DNA from: an uncultured virus (IMG/VR IMGVR_UViG_2687453414_000003)
Lineage: Duplodnaviria; Heunggongvirae; Uroviricota; Caudoviricetes
Length of the DNA stretch: 64,000 nucleotides
Reading direction: 5' to 3' (one strand)
IMG/VR virus record: IMGVR_UViG_2687453414_000003
Part shown: piece by piece, positions 1 to 8,840 of the stretch
How the letters are laid out: every line of letters begins with the position of its first letter
Position numbering within the stretch: position 1 is the first letter of the stretch
Position numbers and translations under genes: made by a program
The notes under the pieces: model-generated
Seen by the model: only the letters and a program-made list of their open reading frames with translations
Databases searched by the model: none
What the model was told of the DNA's origin: nothing

Positions 1-1266
1 ATGGCTGTCAGCAGTGAAAAAAATAAGAGACGCGACAAGGGGTTGGGTGGCCTGTACGTGGATGCGAAGGGCTACCACGTCGCCTACGTCTACGTCACGG
101 ATGAGAACGGAAAACGCCGACAAATCCGGCGCGCGGCCAAGACCGAGAGACTTGCCAAGGAGAAGCTACGAGACCTACTCGTCGCCCAGACCAAGGGTGA
201 GCTGAACTCGCACAGCTCGGATCGGTACACGGTTGCTGAATGGCTACGCAAGTGGACAGATGAGATTCACAAGGATCGGGTGAAGCCTGAATCGCTGCGT
301 GACTATCGCTCCACGATTCGGAACTACATCACCCCGTACATCGGGACGCACCGGCTCGACAAGCTGACGGCAGATCACGTGCGGAAGATGGTTCGGTCCA
401 ATCAAAAGGAGCATTCACCCCGTAGCGCCCAGAAGGCATACGTCGTGTTGAATCGCGCGGTGGCCGACGCCGTGAAAGAAGAGGTCGTGCCTAAGAATGT
501 TGTGGCACTGGTGCATAAGCCGGGATATACGGCTCGGGAGCGTGGTGCATACGATCAGCTCACGGCTAAGAAGATGTTGGCGGTCGCCGCTGAGCTGGAC
601 GAGAGGCGGAGCTTTGGCCCCTATTTGGCGTCGCGTTGGGCGTTCGCGTTCCTTACCGGCGCACGGCAGGCTGAATGCCTCGGGATGGAATGGGATCGCG
701 TCTATCTGGATGAGGGCGTATTGGATGTTTCGTGGCAGTTGCAGAACCACACCAAGGTTCACGGATGCGGCGGTACCTGCGATATGGGTGGTCCTGCGTG
801 GTGCCCGCAAGCTAAGTGGGATTTTCCTGCCGGTTACGAGTATCGGGAGTGCCATCGGAGCCTTGTGTGGACGCGGCCGAAGAGCGTGACGAGTGAGCGC
901 TTTGTGCCGATGACCGAGGCTCTGGTTGAGATATTGAAGGTCTACAAGCAGGAGCAGGCGGGGCGTCACAATCCGCATAACTTGTTGTGGCATCACGACG
1001 ATGGCAGGCCCGTATCTCAGCGTGACGACAACCGGGCGTGGAATGAGCTTGTAGCGGCGTGCGGTATCACCAAGAAACGCGGCGAGGTGCTTCTACACGA
1101 GGCGCGCAACACTGCGGCTACGCAACTCATGGAAGATGGCGTAGATGCCAGGGCCATTCAGGAGTTCTTGGGTCACGCCCACATTCTGACTACCCGGCAC
1201 TACCAAAAGGTCGATATGGGGTTCCTGCGTAAGTCGGTGGCGGGGCTTGATGCCTTAGTGCCCTAA
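1..1266 (+). CDS. int: Tyrosine integrase
   Basis: Arm-binding N-terminus; TGARQAE (R), HEAR (HxxR), LGH..ILTTRHY (H, Y) catalytic motifs. Confidence 0.96.
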   Translation: MAVSSEKNKRRDKGLGGLYVDAKGYHVAYVYVTDENGKRRQIRRAAKTERLAKEKLRDLLVAQTKGELNSHSSDRYTVAEWLRKWTDEIHKDRVKPESLRDYRSTIRNYITPYIGTHRLDKLTADHVRKMVRSNQKEHSPRSAQKAYVVLNRAVADAVKEEVVPKNVVALVHKPGYTARERGAYDQLTAKKMLAVAAELDERRSFGPYLASRWAFAFLTGARQAECLGMEWDRVYLDEGVLDVSWQLQNHTKVHGCGGTCDMGGPAWCPQAKWDFPAGYEYRECHRSLVWTRPKSVTSERFVPMTEALVEILKVYKQEQAGRHNPHNLLWHHDDGRPVSQRDDNRAWNELVAACGITKKRGEVLLHEARNTAATQLMEDGVDARAIQEFLGHAHILTTRHYQKVDMGFLRKSVAGLDALVP

Positions 1267-1269
1267 GAC

Positions 1270-2040
1270 CTACACGGGCTCGGGGCGTCGGGGGGTCGGA
1301 TCGTCAGCGGGAGCCTTGTCCGTTCCTTGCTTGTTCTTTCCCAGCCATGAAAGTGCGCCGGTAACTGCGAATCCGATGGCGCAGGCGCATGTGAGCAGCC
1401 AGGCGGCTTCGCTGCCGATTGCTGGCGGTATGGAGGGGACAAATGAACTAAGCAGGCGGACAAGGCTTGCCGCGATCCCGCAAAGGCAACACATAAGGTA
1501 TGTGTCGGCTATCTGGGTTGATCGCGGGTCTTCGCGCAGGATCACGAGCATGCGGCATCCATAGCCCAGAAGGTAGATATTGATGGCGCAGACGATGAAG
1601 GAGTATGCGGACAGCCAGAAGTCGGCCGGCAGTTCAAAGAAGTCGTCCGCATACTGATTTGTGCTCTCGCTTAGGGCGAAGGTCACGAGCGTGAGCGGGA
1701 AAGCCAAAATTGCTGGTGTTTCGAGATATAGCTTGAAAGACCGTTCGAGGTAGGGGCCTTCGTCTAGGCGCTCTAGTGCGTGGTAGACGACTGCACTTAA
1801 GGCCACTATGTATGTGTTGTGCGCTAGGTAGTCCTCTAGGTTGGCCCATCCGGTTTGGTGTTGTAGCCAGATTCCGAGATGTTGGGATGCCCACGGTGAC
1901 ATGAGGATTACTGAGATGCCCTGTAGTAGCAGGCTGATGGTGGCGGCGCGTTCATAGGTGGTCTTCCATGTGGCGCGCCGTATCCACAGGCTTAGGCAGA
2001 GCGCAATTAGGGTAAGGAGTATCAACGTCGGTACTGACAT
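1270..2040 (-). CDS. Multi-pass membrane protein (about 7 TM), likely lysogen-expressed
   Basis: 256 aa with repeated hydrophobic segments; co-oriented with and downstream of the repressor. Confidence 0.75.
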   Translation of the reverse strand: MSVPTLILLTLIALCLSLWIRRATWKTTYERAATISLLLQGISVILMSPWASQHLGIWLQHQTGWANLEDYLAHNTYIVALSAVVYHALERLDEGPYLERSFKLYLETPAILAFPLTLVTFALSESTNQYADDFFELPADFWLSAYSFIVCAINIYLLGYGCRMLVILREDPRSTQIADTYLMCCLCGIAASLVRLLSSFVPSIPPAIGSEAAWLLTCACAIGFAVTGALSWLGKNKQGTDKAPADDPTPRRPEPV

Positions 2041-2145
2041 GTAAGAACGGCCCCCGTGGCTGGTCTTGTGTGCAGCGCCCCTTGTTTTTAGCTACTGCTG
2101 GGGCGCTGTGTGTGGGTTGGTTGGTTGGTTTTTGTTAGTCCCCCG

Positions 2146-2505
2146 TCACGCTGAGGGCTTTCTTTTTGCGGTGTCTAGCCGTCGTTCTCGCTTACTTGCC
2201 TTGGTGACCTCCTTTCGTCTTGTGGTCACCGTAGGGTGGCCGGATCGGTGCTCCCGCAAGAACTCTATGGCTTCGTCGTCAATGAGCCCGAAGTCGTAGT
2301 GCAGGGCGGCGGGGACTAGTTCGAAGTGCTTTGCGATAGCTGTGAGCTCTTCAAAGTTGGGGAAGTCGGCTCGGACGGCAAGCTTGCGGCTGTACGCGGC
2401 AGCGGGCAGTCCGAGGGCGGCGGTTATTTCGTTCTTCTGTACAACTCGCCCCAGGGCGTCGCTCAGGGCAACTTGTATGTCGTTACCTCGACTGTCTGTG
2501 CGCAT
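2146..2505 (-). CDS. Immunity repressor (HTH)
   Basis: HTH-like EITAALGLPAAAYSRK; divergent from cro. Start MRTDSRG at 2505 lies 6 nt after a -10 element. Confidence 0.75.
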   Translation of the reverse strand: MRTDSRGNDIQVALSDALGRVVQKNEITAALGLPAAAYSRKLAVRADFPNFEELTAIAKHFELVPAALHYDFGLIDDEAIEFLREHRSGHPTVTTRRKEVTKASKRERRLDTAKRKPSA

Positions 2506-2511
2506 GCGTGA

Positions 2512-2540
2512 ACCGTACAACCACTTTCGGTTGTGAGCAA
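2512..2540 (-). promoter_or_regulatory. SigA-like leaderless repressor promoter with a palindromic operator
   Basis: Minus strand TTGCTC-17-TACGGT-6-ATG; ACAACC-N6-GGTTGT palindrome at 2517-2534. Confidence 0.6.
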
Positions 2541-2605
2541 CTACCTTGCACCTGCGGTTATGAACTTTCCACGACAGCATGTCACAGCCATTTTTAGTTA
2601 CATGC

Positions 2606-2635
2606 TTGCAATTTTGGAAAGTGCCTTGCTACTGT
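2606..2635 (+). promoter_or_regulatory. SigA-like early lytic promoter (leaderless cro)
   Basis: TTGCAA-18-TACTGT with extended TGn, 7 nt before GTG 2643. Confidence 0.6.
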
Positions 2636-2642
2636 CGATAGC

Positions 2643-2915
2643 GTGCAACAGACCACACCAGACATCCACTGGGACTGCGAATACGTTCGAAACCTGATGG
2701 CCGTCAACAAGATTGAGACCCGCGAGGATCTTGCCCGTGAGATTTATGAAGCGCCGACGACAGTTCGCCGGTCGTTCTCAAAGAACTGGCAGGGCCGTCC
2801 GACGGTCAAGCTGATAGCGGCAATGTCCTACCGATTCAATGTCCCAATCAACAACCTGATCACCGACCCTCGACGGATGCCGCGACGCATCGCGGCTGTG
2901 AGGCGGGCCGGATGA
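2643..2915 (+). CDS. Cro-like HTH protein
   Basis: TREDLAREIYEAPTTVRR HTH; divergent from the repressor. Confidence 0.7.
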   Translation: MQQTTPDIHWDCEYVRNLMAVNKIETREDLAREIYEAPTTVRRSFSKNWQGRPTVKLIAAMSYRFNVPINNLITDPRRMPRRIAAVRRAG

Positions 2916-3127
2916 CTGCGGTAGTCGAAAGGGTCACGGCCGAGCCAGTGCTAGTGCCCAGGAGGCAGGCGGCGGAAATGCTCGGACTCGGACTCACCGA
3001 GTTTGACGAGCTGCGGCGAGCAGGACGCATCTTTGTACGCAAGTACGGACGCAAGGTGCTGGTTCCGATGGAAGAGATTAGGAAGTGCGCGGAAACGATT
3101 CCGTGGGATGAAGATAAGGATTCGTAA
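2912..3127 (+). CDS. xis: Excisionase / MerR-like HTH
   Basis: LVPRRQAAEMLGLG...GRI...KYGRKVLVP pattern. Confidence 0.75.
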   Translation: MTAVVERVTAEPVLVPRRQAAEMLGLGLTEFDELRRAGRIFVRKYGRKVLVPMEEIRKCAETIPWDEDKDS

Positions 3128-3128
3128 C

Positions 3129-3440
3129 ATGGGCTTTGCGAACATTGAAACCGAGTTGCGTTTAGCCGAGGCTCTTACCGCTATCAATGATATTCGGGAG
3201 CTTACGGGAATCGCTAACGAGCCCGTCGAACGCGGATACGTTGTTCATCGGGTCACTTCCGAACTTCAGGAATGGCTGCCGAGTGTCAAGTTTGACCAGC
3301 TTGCAGCAATCGCGGATGCCATTGTTGACAACCTAGCCGAGGTGAACCTTATCCCGGTTGGGCCGAATCTGGACGAACCTATCGGGTTCGAAATTGTTGA
3401 GAAGCTAGAGTTTTCGATTGTTCCCCTTAATGGGGGATAA
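3129..3440 (+). CDS. Hypothetical protein
   Basis: ORF starting 1 nt after the xis stop. Confidence 0.6.
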   Translation: MGFANIETELRLAEALTAINDIRELTGIANEPVERGYVVHRVTSELQEWLPSVKFDQLAAIADAIVDNLAEVNLIPVGPNLDEPIGFEIVEKLEFSIVPLNGG

Positions 3441-3702
3441 TTGAAATATGAGGATGGGGGTCAGGAGTAGGTTTGCGCGAGCGCGAAGGATCGCAAAAAT
3501 CAAAGTCTATCGCCTTGTGGCGCGTGTGAATCTACTTCTGACCGAGTGGACGTATCCGCTCTAACTTAATCCAACCAACCACATAAAAACTTTTACAGCT
3601 GGCCGTACGAAGTAACCCCGTTGTCGGGGCACCTGTGACGTTTATACCGGGTGGGTGTGCGTTTCGCCGCCAAGTTTAGGTCGCAATGAATATTGTGTGC
3701 TT

Positions 3703-3815
3703 TCACTGTTGGGCACAAACCGATGGTATGGGCGGCGTCTACACGTCTGACGCAATGCCTTGACTCGTATCCCGTGGCTGAGATACGGAGGTAGAACGGT
3801 TAGCCCTAACAGTGA
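3703..3815 (+). ncRNA. Putative structured ncRNA (three-way junction)
   Basis: TCACTGTTGGGC/GCCC(T)AACAGTGA and AACCG/CGGTT closing stem; inner GCGTC/GACGC and CTCGTATC/GATACG(G)AG stems. Confidence 0.5.
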
Positions 3816-3818
3816 GGA

Positions 3819-3920
3819 TGCGCGGGGCAGGTAATGGCTGCCGCACCCTTGCTACTTATCTATTACAAGGTAGGGACGCTGACTGGGGGGTGTTTCCGAG
3901 TTCGATTCTCGGCGCGCAGC
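3819..3920 (+). ncRNA. tRNA-like RNA with an extended arm in place of the anticodon arm
   Basis: Acceptor TGCGCG/CGCGCA; D arm GGCAG-GTAATGG-CTGCC; T arm CCGAG-TTCGATT-CTCGG; about 50-nt middle arm GCACCCTT/GGGGGTGT. Confidence 0.65.
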
Positions 3921-3921
3921 T

Positions 3922-4040
3922 AGTCGGCCGGGTTGAGCGAGCCTAATTGGAAACGGCGTTATTTGTGGTCATACGCCTGTTTGTGTTGGGGCTTAATACG
4001 GGTTTGCCTCACTCACCGGGTTTCCGCTCCCCGGCCGACT
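3922..4040 (+). ncRNA. Putative structured ncRNA with a long terminal stem
   Basis: Perfect 11-bp AGTCGGCCGGG/CCCGGCCGACT plus GAGCG/CGCTC; inner GGCGT/ACGCC hairpin. Confidence 0.5.
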
Positions 4041-4074
4041 CATTTCTCTAAATCCCTTCATCGAGAGGTGGGCA

Positions 4075-4383
4075 ATGGCTATCAATCTTGGGAAACCTAC
4101 GGGTCCAAAGTTACGTGAACTGCCGCGAGCAGATAGAAACCGCATCCGCATTCTTCTGAATGCTTGGCTGGATTGCGCTATTCGTTATCCACCTCACAAG
4201 CGTGAGCCGCTGCCGGTTGATTACACCCGTGCGCTGGCGTCTTTGGCGAAACAGCGGGGTATTCAAGTGGTCTTTGATGGCCGCGATGGTTCTAAGCCTC
4301 TACAGGTGACCTTGGATCGCACCATTCCGGGGTGCGTGGGCGGCACTCACCGAAAGGTCGCAGTGCGCAAGCCGTGGAAATGA
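4075..4383 (+). CDS. Hypothetical protein
   Basis: GAGGTG RBS; 102 aa. Confidence 0.6.
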   Translation: MAINLGKPTGPKLRELPRADRNRIRILLNAWLDCAIRYPPHKREPLPVDYTRALASLAKQRGIQVVFDGRDGSKPLQVTLDRTIPGCVGGTHRKVAVRKPWK

Positions 4384-4693
4384 GTTTAACCATTTAGGAA
4401 AGGTAGTAAAGGAATGTTCGAATGCCCGCTGGGGTGTGGTCATGCGTACCGCGAAGAATACCAGCTTCATTTACATGAATGGGCTTCTGAGGCGGGGCGT
4501 CTGCCGGATTGCGGCAAGGGTATGGGTGGCCCGCCCTCGCACTCTCAGTTCGAGGTGTCCGAGTCGTGATCAGGTGTCGGTTGGGCATCCATAAGTGGAC
4601 GCTATGGGGGAAACCTAACAACGCATTTAGCCTATCGCTAAGGCAGAAACGCGAGTGCATTCGGTGCCGGATAGTGAAGACGAGGTTGGCCAT

Positions 4694-5467
4694 ATGGTGA
4701 TAGAGCCGAATAAGGTAATGGTTGCGGGGGATTGGCACGGTAACCCGTACTGGGCTGAACAGGCCATTAAGTACGCCAAGCGTAACGGCGTAGACACGAT
4801 AGTTCATGTTGGCGATTACGGGTTTTGGACGCCATCGGAGCGGACCTATGCCTACCTGCTCGGGTCTAACCAACTGCTTGAAGAGCTAGGCATGTGGCTG
4901 GTCTGGGTGGATGGCAACCATGAGGATCATTCGCAGCTTGACGAATGCAACGTACCTGGCGGTAAGCCAACGGTATTCGGTGATCTAGACCGGATCATGC
5001 ATCTGCCTCGCGGTTTCCGCTGGGAGTGGTGGGGTATGACGTGGATGGCGTTAGGTGGCGCACATTCGGTGGACCGCTCGTGGCGGCGCGAGGGTCACGA
5101 CTGGTGGCCTGGTGAGGCGCTTAGCGGTGAGCAGGTCGAATACGCTTCACGGCCTGGCGGCGTGGATGTGATCGTTGCCCATGATGCGCCTCGCGGGTTC
5201 GCGATTCCAGGTATCGGTTCGGGTAACGAGTTCCCTAGCGAAGACCTGTTAGCAGCCGAGTCTCATCGGGGCCTGGTCCGTGAAGTGGTTGATGCGACTA
5301 AGCCGAGCCTGTTCTTTCACGGGCACTATCACGTCAACTACCGGGCCAAGCTTGAGCGCGAGGGCGGCACTACCGAGGTTTTCGGTTTGGACCGCGACAA
5401 CTCCACGATTGCGCGAAACACCATGTTCCTTACCCGCGAGGATCTGGAGAAGGTGATCAATCCGTGA
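4694..5467 (+). CDS. Calcineurin-like metallophosphoesterase
   Basis: GDWHG, GDYG, GNHE, HD and GHYH motifs. Confidence 0.92.
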   Translation: MVIEPNKVMVAGDWHGNPYWAEQAIKYAKRNGVDTIVHVGDYGFWTPSERTYAYLLGSNQLLEELGMWLVWVDGNHEDHSQLDECNVPGGKPTVFGDLDRIMHLPRGFRWEWWGMTWMALGGAHSVDRSWRREGHDWWPGEALSGEQVEYASRPGGVDVIVAHDAPRGFAIPGIGSGNEFPSEDLLAAESHRGLVREVVDATKPSLFFHGHYHVNYRAKLEREGGTTEVFGLDRDNSTIARNTMFLTREDLEKVINP

Positions 5468-5667
5468 GGGTCCAAGAGAAGGCTGTACTCAACTTCCTTA
5501 CTGACTATGTGGGCGAACACGGGTACGCGCCGAGCTATCGGGAGATATGCGAAGGAACTGGGATTAGGTCTTCGTCTTCTATTCAGCCCGTACTGGACTC
5601 GTTGCAGGATGAAGGATTCATCCGTCATCGTGCCCGCGCATCTCGCGCTATCGCGCTGTTGCGATAG
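5464..5667 (+). CDS. Stand-alone LexA-type DNA-binding domain protein
   Basis: GYAPSYREICEGTGIRSSSS...LQDEGFI...SRAI; no peptidase domain. Confidence 0.8.
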   Translation: MRVQEKAVLNFLTDYVGEHGYAPSYREICEGTGIRSSSSIQPVLDSLQDEGFIRHRARASRAIALLR

Positions 5668-5672
5668 GAGAT

Positions 5673-5933
5673 GTGATGAGAATCCTTGTGCTCATGGTCA
5701 TCTTGGCTCTGCTCGCGCTCGTTGGCTACGCGATATACGCCACCGTCCGATGGCGCGAACGAGGACGGCTCATCGAGGGGCTAAACGATCCCGTTAAGTG
5801 GCTCTCCCGCAAGGAACGCCGAGAGCATGCCCGAACGCTCCTAGCTCGCGAGCAAGACGAGTACGACCAAAAACGGCAACAACAAATCGAATCAACAATC
5901 AACCAATTTTTAGAGAGGCAATCCAAAGTATGA
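5673..5933 (+). CDS. Small membrane-anchored protein
   Basis: N-terminal TM helix; AGGAG RBS. Confidence 0.65.
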   Translation: MMRILVLMVILALLALVGYAIYATVRWRERGRLIEGLNDPVKWLSRKERREHARTLLAREQDEYDQKRQQQIESTINQFLERQSKV

Positions 5934-6832
5934 AACGCACTAAGGCAGCTGTAGTCGGTATCGCCGTGGCCGCTGGCCTCACGCTTTCCGCCTGCGCTAC
6001 CCAGATTCCCGCCGGCCAAACGGCAGTTAAGGTCGATGACTACGCGTTTGTTCCTACCGCCCCCAAGATCATCGGTTGTATGGGGCCGGAAACCTCGGAG
6101 GCCAACCCGCCTGGCGGTTTCAAGATCTACCGTTATCCGGCGCGCCAGATCAGTTGGGACGCAACGGGCGCGAAGGGCGCAGAACACCAGCCGTACGTTG
6201 TGGTATCGGGCGCGGAGGCACCGGCTGAGCTTAAGGTGCCGGTTGTTGTGACCATGGACCTGACCTCGGATTGCGAGAAGCTATCTCAGTTCCACCGGGA
6301 CTTCGGTACTAAGTATCAGGGTTGGCTGAATGAGGACGGCACTCAGTCGGATGGTTGGGTGCAGTTGGTGAATTACGTTGTGGGCCAACCACTTGAGCAG
6401 ACGCTTACGCAGGTGGCGCAGAAGTACACTTGGCGTCAGATCTGGAATGACGAAAAGGTGCGTGTGGAATTCCAGAACGTGCTTAAAGAACGGCTTCCGG
6501 GCGCGTCCAAGGCGCGCACTGATGGGCAGGAGTATTTCACCAACTTTCAGATAACGGTGCTTAAGCCTGAGCCGATGGACGGAAACCTCAAGGCTGCAAT
6601 CAATAAGGAGCAGTCCAGCGTCGCGGAGGCGAACGCTAAAAAGGCTGCCGCCGACGCGGAGGTTAAGGCTGCGGAGTCGCAGACTGAGGTGGCTAAGCAG
6701 CAGGCGTTGCAGAAGCAAGCCGAGATTGCGGGCTTCCCAACCATTGAGGCCTACTTGCAGTCCCAGTTGATTGCGCAGGGCGGTAACCCCTATCAGCCCA
6801 CTTACGTTGTCCCGCAGGGCGGTAATCGGTAA
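5930..6832 (+). CDS. SPFH/band-7-like lipoprotein
   Basis: Lipobox LSAC; band-7-like core; Ala/Glu/Lys coiled coil. Confidence 0.65.
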   Translation: MKRTKAAVVGIAVAAGLTLSACATQIPAGQTAVKVDDYAFVPTAPKIIGCMGPETSEANPPGGFKIYRYPARQISWDATGAKGAEHQPYVVVSGAEAPAELKVPVVVTMDLTSDCEKLSQFHRDFGTKYQGWLNEDGTQSDGWVQLVNYVVGQPLEQTLTQVAQKYTWRQIWNDEKVRVEFQNVLKERLPGASKARTDGQEYFTNFQITVLKPEPMDGNLKAAINKEQSSVAEANAKKAAADAEVKAAESQTEVAKQQALQKQAEIAGFPTIEAYLQSQLIAQGGNPYQPTYVVPQGGNR

Positions 6833-7042
6833 GTGAGGCGTTCGAAGACGCTGGTGGCCGGTGGCGTTATCGCTGCCGGTCTCACCGGCCTACTTGTCGG
6901 GTGTGATGTCAGCGACCAGCGCACGAACACATCCGACCCTGATCTAACAGTTGCGCATATCAACGTGGATAACGTTCCGCGTACATGCGTTGTCTACCGG
7001 GACTACCGAAAAGGTGGGTTGTCCTGCAATTGGAGTGACTAA
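6833..7042 (+). CDS. Small lipoprotein
   Basis: Signal peptide with LVGC; GGLSCNW C-terminus. Confidence 0.6.
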   Translation: MRRSKTLVAGGVIAAGLTGLLVGCDVSDQRTNTSDPDLTVAHINVDNVPRTCVVYRDYRKGGLSCNWSD

Positions 7043-7045
7043 CCT

Positions 7046-7390
7046 ATGAGTAAAAAGCTAACTAAGACACAAGGATTGGTGCAGACGGTACCTATGCCCA
7101 AAGACGTTGCATGGGCTACCAAGGTCACCGGCAGAAACCTTGGGGCAGTGACCTACATGCTGTCTTTGTCGTGCGAGAAGAAGTCCAAGCTTGGGCAGCT
7201 CACGGTGACGTTCAAAGAGGACGGCTCACTACGGCGAATCCGGTTCCGGGGCACGGGCGTTGTCGTCTATCCCGGCACCTATCTGGTGTACGTGCCGTCA
7301 ACCGGAAACGTTCATGTCGTACCGGCTAAGGACTACAAAGAGAACTTCGGGGAGGTAATAGATCGTGACCACGTTTTTGCAGGAGATTAG
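7046..7390 (+). CDS. Hypothetical protein
   Basis: ORF in operon. Confidence 0.55.
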   Translation: MSKKLTKTQGLVQTVPMPKDVAWATKVTGRNLGAVTYMLSLSCEKKSKLGQLTVTFKEDGSLRRIRFRGTGVVVYPGTYLVYVPSTGNVHVVPAKDYKENFGEVIDRDHVFAGD

Positions 7391-8798
7391 CCGCGAGACC
7401 AACCTGACCCGCACTGAGAATGGCGCGGTTACGAATGCGTCGAGTCTCAACGCGGTGGTTGATTTCTTCGCGGCTGCCGGGGCGATGCGGGACACCCCCG
7501 ACAAGGCTGCCGATCTTTTCGAGAAGGCGTATCGGGAAGACCCGCAGACTGCTATCCGCACCATGTTCTACCTGCGCGATGTGCGCGGAGGGCAGGGGGA
7601 GCGCGATGTCTTCCGGTCCTGCCTTAAGCGCCTGGCCGATCTGGGCTTTACTCCAATGGACAAGGTGCTTAAGCACATTCCGGAGTATGGCCGCTGGGAC
7701 GACCTGTTTTATCAGGGTTCGACGGTGACAGGTGGCATGGCCAAGATCATTGGCGACCAGCTCGTGAAGGACGCCGACGCGTACAACCGTGGCGAGTCAG
7801 TATCACTGCTGGCCAAGTGGCTGCCGTCCGATACGTCCAAGGGACGCAAGGATCTTGCGGTAAACCTGCGTAAGGCTATCGGCTTGGATCAGCGCAAGTA
7901 CCGCAAGGTGCTGTCTCGGCTGCGGGCTCACATCGGCCTGCTTGAGCAGGATATGTCCGCTAAGCGGTGGCGGGAGATTGACTGGGGCAAGTTGCCTTCG
8001 CGCGCTCACATGACGCACGTTAAGGCGTTCCATCGCCACACGCCCGCCGAGTATCAGGCTTACCTCGATTCGGTTGTTAAGGGCGAGGCCAAGGTAAACG
8101 CGGCGACCCTGTATCCGTATGAGCTGTACGACATGGTGAATGCCGGTCAGTCGCAGGCTGCGGATGCGTTGTGGGCAAACCTGCCTGACTACACGCGCGG
8201 CAACGATGGGATCGTTCTAGCGGACGTGTCGGGATCGATGAGTGGTCGGCCTATGTCGGTTTCGGTATCGCTGGCGTTGTATTTCGCGGACCGCAATCAG
8301 GGCGTTTACAAAGATCACTTCATGACCTTCTCGTCCACCCCCAAGATTGAGAAGGTCGAGGGCAAGACCCTGGCGGATCGAATGCGCGCGATTGAGAATT
8401 CGACCGGCTGGTATGGCTCAACAGACCTGCACGCGGCGTTCCGGGCCATCTTGGCAGCGGGGCAGCGCTCAGGCCAGGTGCCCAAGACTCTCTACGTGGT
8501 GTCGGATATGGAGTTCAACGCGGCGTTCGGGTTCTACCGCAACGACCGCACCGTTGACACCATCTTTGAGACGGCCAAGCGGGAGTTCGCAGCTGCGGGG
8601 CTCGTACTGCCTCACGTCGTGTTCTGGAACGTCAACGCCCGGAACAGTAACTACCCGGCACTAGCCCACGACGGCAATGTGACGCTGGTTTCTGGACTGT
8701 CGCCCACGGTGTTCGGAATGGCGGTAGAGGGTAAGTCTCCCGCTGAATTGGTGCGAGATGTCGTGAATGGACCGCGTTATCAGCCCATCGTAATTTGA
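7365..8798 (+). CDS. DUF2828-family protein with C-terminal VWA domain (Ro60/TROVE-like architecture)
   Basis: TENGA, RDVRGGQGER, YGRWDDL, AKWLPS, KLPS, TLYPYEL motifs; MIDAS DVSGS; SDMEF; VFWNV; LVSGLSP. Confidence 0.88.
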   Translation: MTTFLQEISRETNLTRTENGAVTNASSLNAVVDFFAAAGAMRDTPDKAADLFEKAYREDPQTAIRTMFYLRDVRGGQGERDVFRSCLKRLADLGFTPMDKVLKHIPEYGRWDDLFYQGSTVTGGMAKIIGDQLVKDADAYNRGESVSLLAKWLPSDTSKGRKDLAVNLRKAIGLDQRKYRKVLSRLRAHIGLLEQDMSAKRWREIDWGKLPSRAHMTHVKAFHRHTPAEYQAYLDSVVKGEAKVNAATLYPYELYDMVNAGQSQAADALWANLPDYTRGNDGIVLADVSGSMSGRPMSVSVSLALYFADRNQGVYKDHFMTFSSTPKIEKVEGKTLADRMRAIENSTGWYGSTDLHAAFRAILAAGQRSGQVPKTLYVVSDMEFNAAFGFYRNDRTVDTIFETAKREFAAAGLVLPHVVFWNVNARNSNYPALAHDGNVTLVSGLSPTVFGMAVEGKSPAELVRDVVNGPRYQPIVI

Positions 8799-8840
8799 TG
8801 GGTTGGTAGTGTTCCCCTAGTTGGGGTATGGTGAATTTAG

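Noticed and set aside
1..1266. attachment site
   Set aside because: The window begins at the integrase ATG; no att core can be identified
3858..3867. Amber suppressor / tRNA-Pyl from the CTA in the loop
   Set aside because: The loop is 10 nt and the arm is far too long for a decoding tRNA
3655..3920. tmRNA
   Set aside because: No GGGGC 5' end or G3:U70 alanine identity and no tag ORF; the T arm closes a local 100-nt fold
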